NCBI GenBank assembly: GCA_000002445.1 | Contig: CP000069.1 | Location: 864,001-928,000, forward strand | DNA length: 64,000 nucleotides | From: Trypanosoma brucei | Lineage: Eukaryota | Direction: 5' to 3' | In this document: positions 62,687 to 64,000 of the stretch, piece by piece | Position numbering within the stretch: position 1 is the stretch's first letter | Layout of the letters: every line of letters begins with the position of its first letter | Made by a program: the position numbers and the translations under genes | The notes under the pieces: generated by a model | What the model was told of the DNA's origin: nothing | What the model saw: only the letters and a program-made list of their open reading frames with translations | Database searches by the model: none

Positions 62687-63479
62687 AGGAGGTATAATTA
62701 AAAAAAAGTAATAATAATACAATAAGCGGCAAGTTGTGTGTTTTTCACGGTTGTTGGGTTTTATGTGAATGCGACGCAAATAGTGGAACGGTGATGTCCC
62801 ACAACCGCAATGATTTAGCCATTATTTTTGACCGCATACTGCGCACAAATGCACCCAAAGAAATGCGTATGTGCACTGGTATTTGTGTGAGCTGCAAAGA
62901 AGGGAGGTGATGAATATGCTGATTTTTTTATTTCCGGTATGTGTTTGTCACGGAATGTTTAATATTTTCTTTTGTATTTTTTCCCTTTTATTTCGTCTCT
63001 CCAACTGTGACAGTGCGATGATTGCTCTCTTTTTTTTTTGTTTCGCAGAGAGCCTTTCTAAAGTTTTTTTGGCTCGTTTCTACTGTCTTGCTTCCCTTTC
63101 GATTTATTGCTTCAACCCGATTGATATACTACGCTACCGCTCCTTCTGCTTTCCTATCTTTTAAAAAATTTTCAATCTATCAATTTTTAATGTTTACACA
63201 TATATGTGTATATTAAACAATATACATTTTACACATTAAGTAATATCCGACACCATCTTTTTTTTTGTTTCCCCCTCTCCCGTCGGGACTTCCAATAGCT
63301 CCCGGTTGTTGGCGGAACCGGTAAAGCATAAAAAAGGAAAAAAAGGGATATCCAAAAGCAAGAAGAGGTGGCAGAAACTGAAACGAGAGGTAGAAGGAAA
63401 GGCGACAGCGACAGCGAAAGCGGAGGGAAGTGAAGTGTTTGAGATTTACTGAACAAGGAGTAGAGTAGGAACAACAACC

Positions 63480-64000
63480 ATGCCCGTAAAGCAACCGCCA
63501 AGGGTAACGAGGGAACGAAAAGCCGCCTCAGAAACTGCGGCACTTGAACTTCCAGCGACAAATGAAAACACGCGAAAGGCGGCTATGTCACCTTCTGGCT
63601 CATCAGAACAGGCTGTTTTTGAGGTTCATCCAAGAGAAATTGTCTTTGCGGATTTTGTCATGCACGAAAGCTATGAAGTTGCCCTTAGCTTGAAGAACAT
63701 ATCTAGGGAAGCGCAGTTTGTCCGTGTGCGACAATCGCATGACCGCTTTGTCACCCTTGTTTCACCGCTCCCGCATGCCAAATCAACAAAAGTTGCACCA
63801 GGACTAACCGTTGTGTACAAGGTAGTTTTCAGGTCAGAGGATGAGCGTGACTACAGCAGTGACATTATAGTGACAACTAGCCAGGAGGAGTTCACCATCC
63901 CTCTCCGTGCCATAGCGAATCGTGGGCGGCTGGATTTACCAGAATCGTTTGCCGTCTCGCCATCTCCGGTGAAGTGTAGTGGTTCGACTACATTGTTCCT
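63480..64000 (+). CDS. ASH/MSP-domain (hydin/PCDP1-type, flagellar-associated) protein, N-terminal part; 3' end beyond the window
   Basis: ATG 63480 opens a frame with no stop through nt 64000; it is absent from the ORF track because it is incomplete. Immunoglobulin-like ASH pattern: FEVHPREIVFADFVMHESYEVALSLKNISREAQFVRV...DRFVTLVSPLPHAKSTKVAPGLTVVYKVVFRSEDERDYSSDIIVTTSQEEFTIPLRA. Confidence 0.55.
   Translation, partial: MPVKQPPRVTRERKAASETAALELPATNENTRKAAMSPSGSSEQAVFEVHPREIVFADFVMHESYEVALSLKNISREAQFVRVRQSHDRFVTLVSPLPHAKSTKVAPGLTVVYKVVFRSEDERDYSSDIIVTTSQEEFTIPLRAIANRGRLDLPESFAVSPSPVKCSGSTTLF

Overview
This window reads as a gene-dense core region of a kinetoplastid nuclear chromosome, most like Trypanosoma brucei. 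All 28 credible protein-coding ORFs lie on the + strand, so the window is one polycistronic transcription unit with no strand switch. Pyrimidine-rich tracts followed by AG sit upstream of most ORFs, as expected for trans-splicing acceptors. Short (TA)n microsatellites are scattered through the intergenic spacers. GC content is about 45-50%. I found no tRNA, rRNA, snRNA, CRISPR array, retroposon (ingi/RIME/SLACS) or VSG/ESAG/RHS-type sequence. Nothing resembles a prokaryotic operon-style system, so any novelty here would be eukaryotic: unusual domain architectures and UTR features.

The supplied ORF track opens several ORFs at TTG or GTG. I re-anchored those genes to the first in-frame ATG and checked each against the raw sequence.

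Genes recognised from motifs, in order:
- a kinesin with a C-terminal PH domain, truncated at its 5' end by the window edge
- a secreted S1/P1 class I nuclease
- a SAMHD1-like HD-domain dNTP triphosphohydrolase
- an RluA-family pseudouridine synthase
- a Rad17/RFC-like P-loop protein with a degenerate Walker A
- a BCS1-like AAA ATPase
- phosphopantothenoylcysteine decarboxylase
- the AP-4 epsilon adaptin
- a Pus3/TruA pseudouridine synthase
- an eIF2-alpha-kinase-like protein kinase
- sphingolipid delta4-desaturase
- a PH-PH-Kelch protein
- a ClpB-D2/torsin-like AAA+ protein with a C-terminal membrane anchor
- Rab28
- an ALDH3-type aldehyde dehydrogenase
- XMAP215/TOG
- IFT46
- a CMGC/CDK-related kinase
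- a J-domain protein
- the catalytic subunit of queuine tRNA-ribosyltransferase
- a small ubiquitin-fold protein
- a 3'-truncated ASH/MSP-domain flagellar-type protein

Several hypothetical proteins fill the remaining positions.
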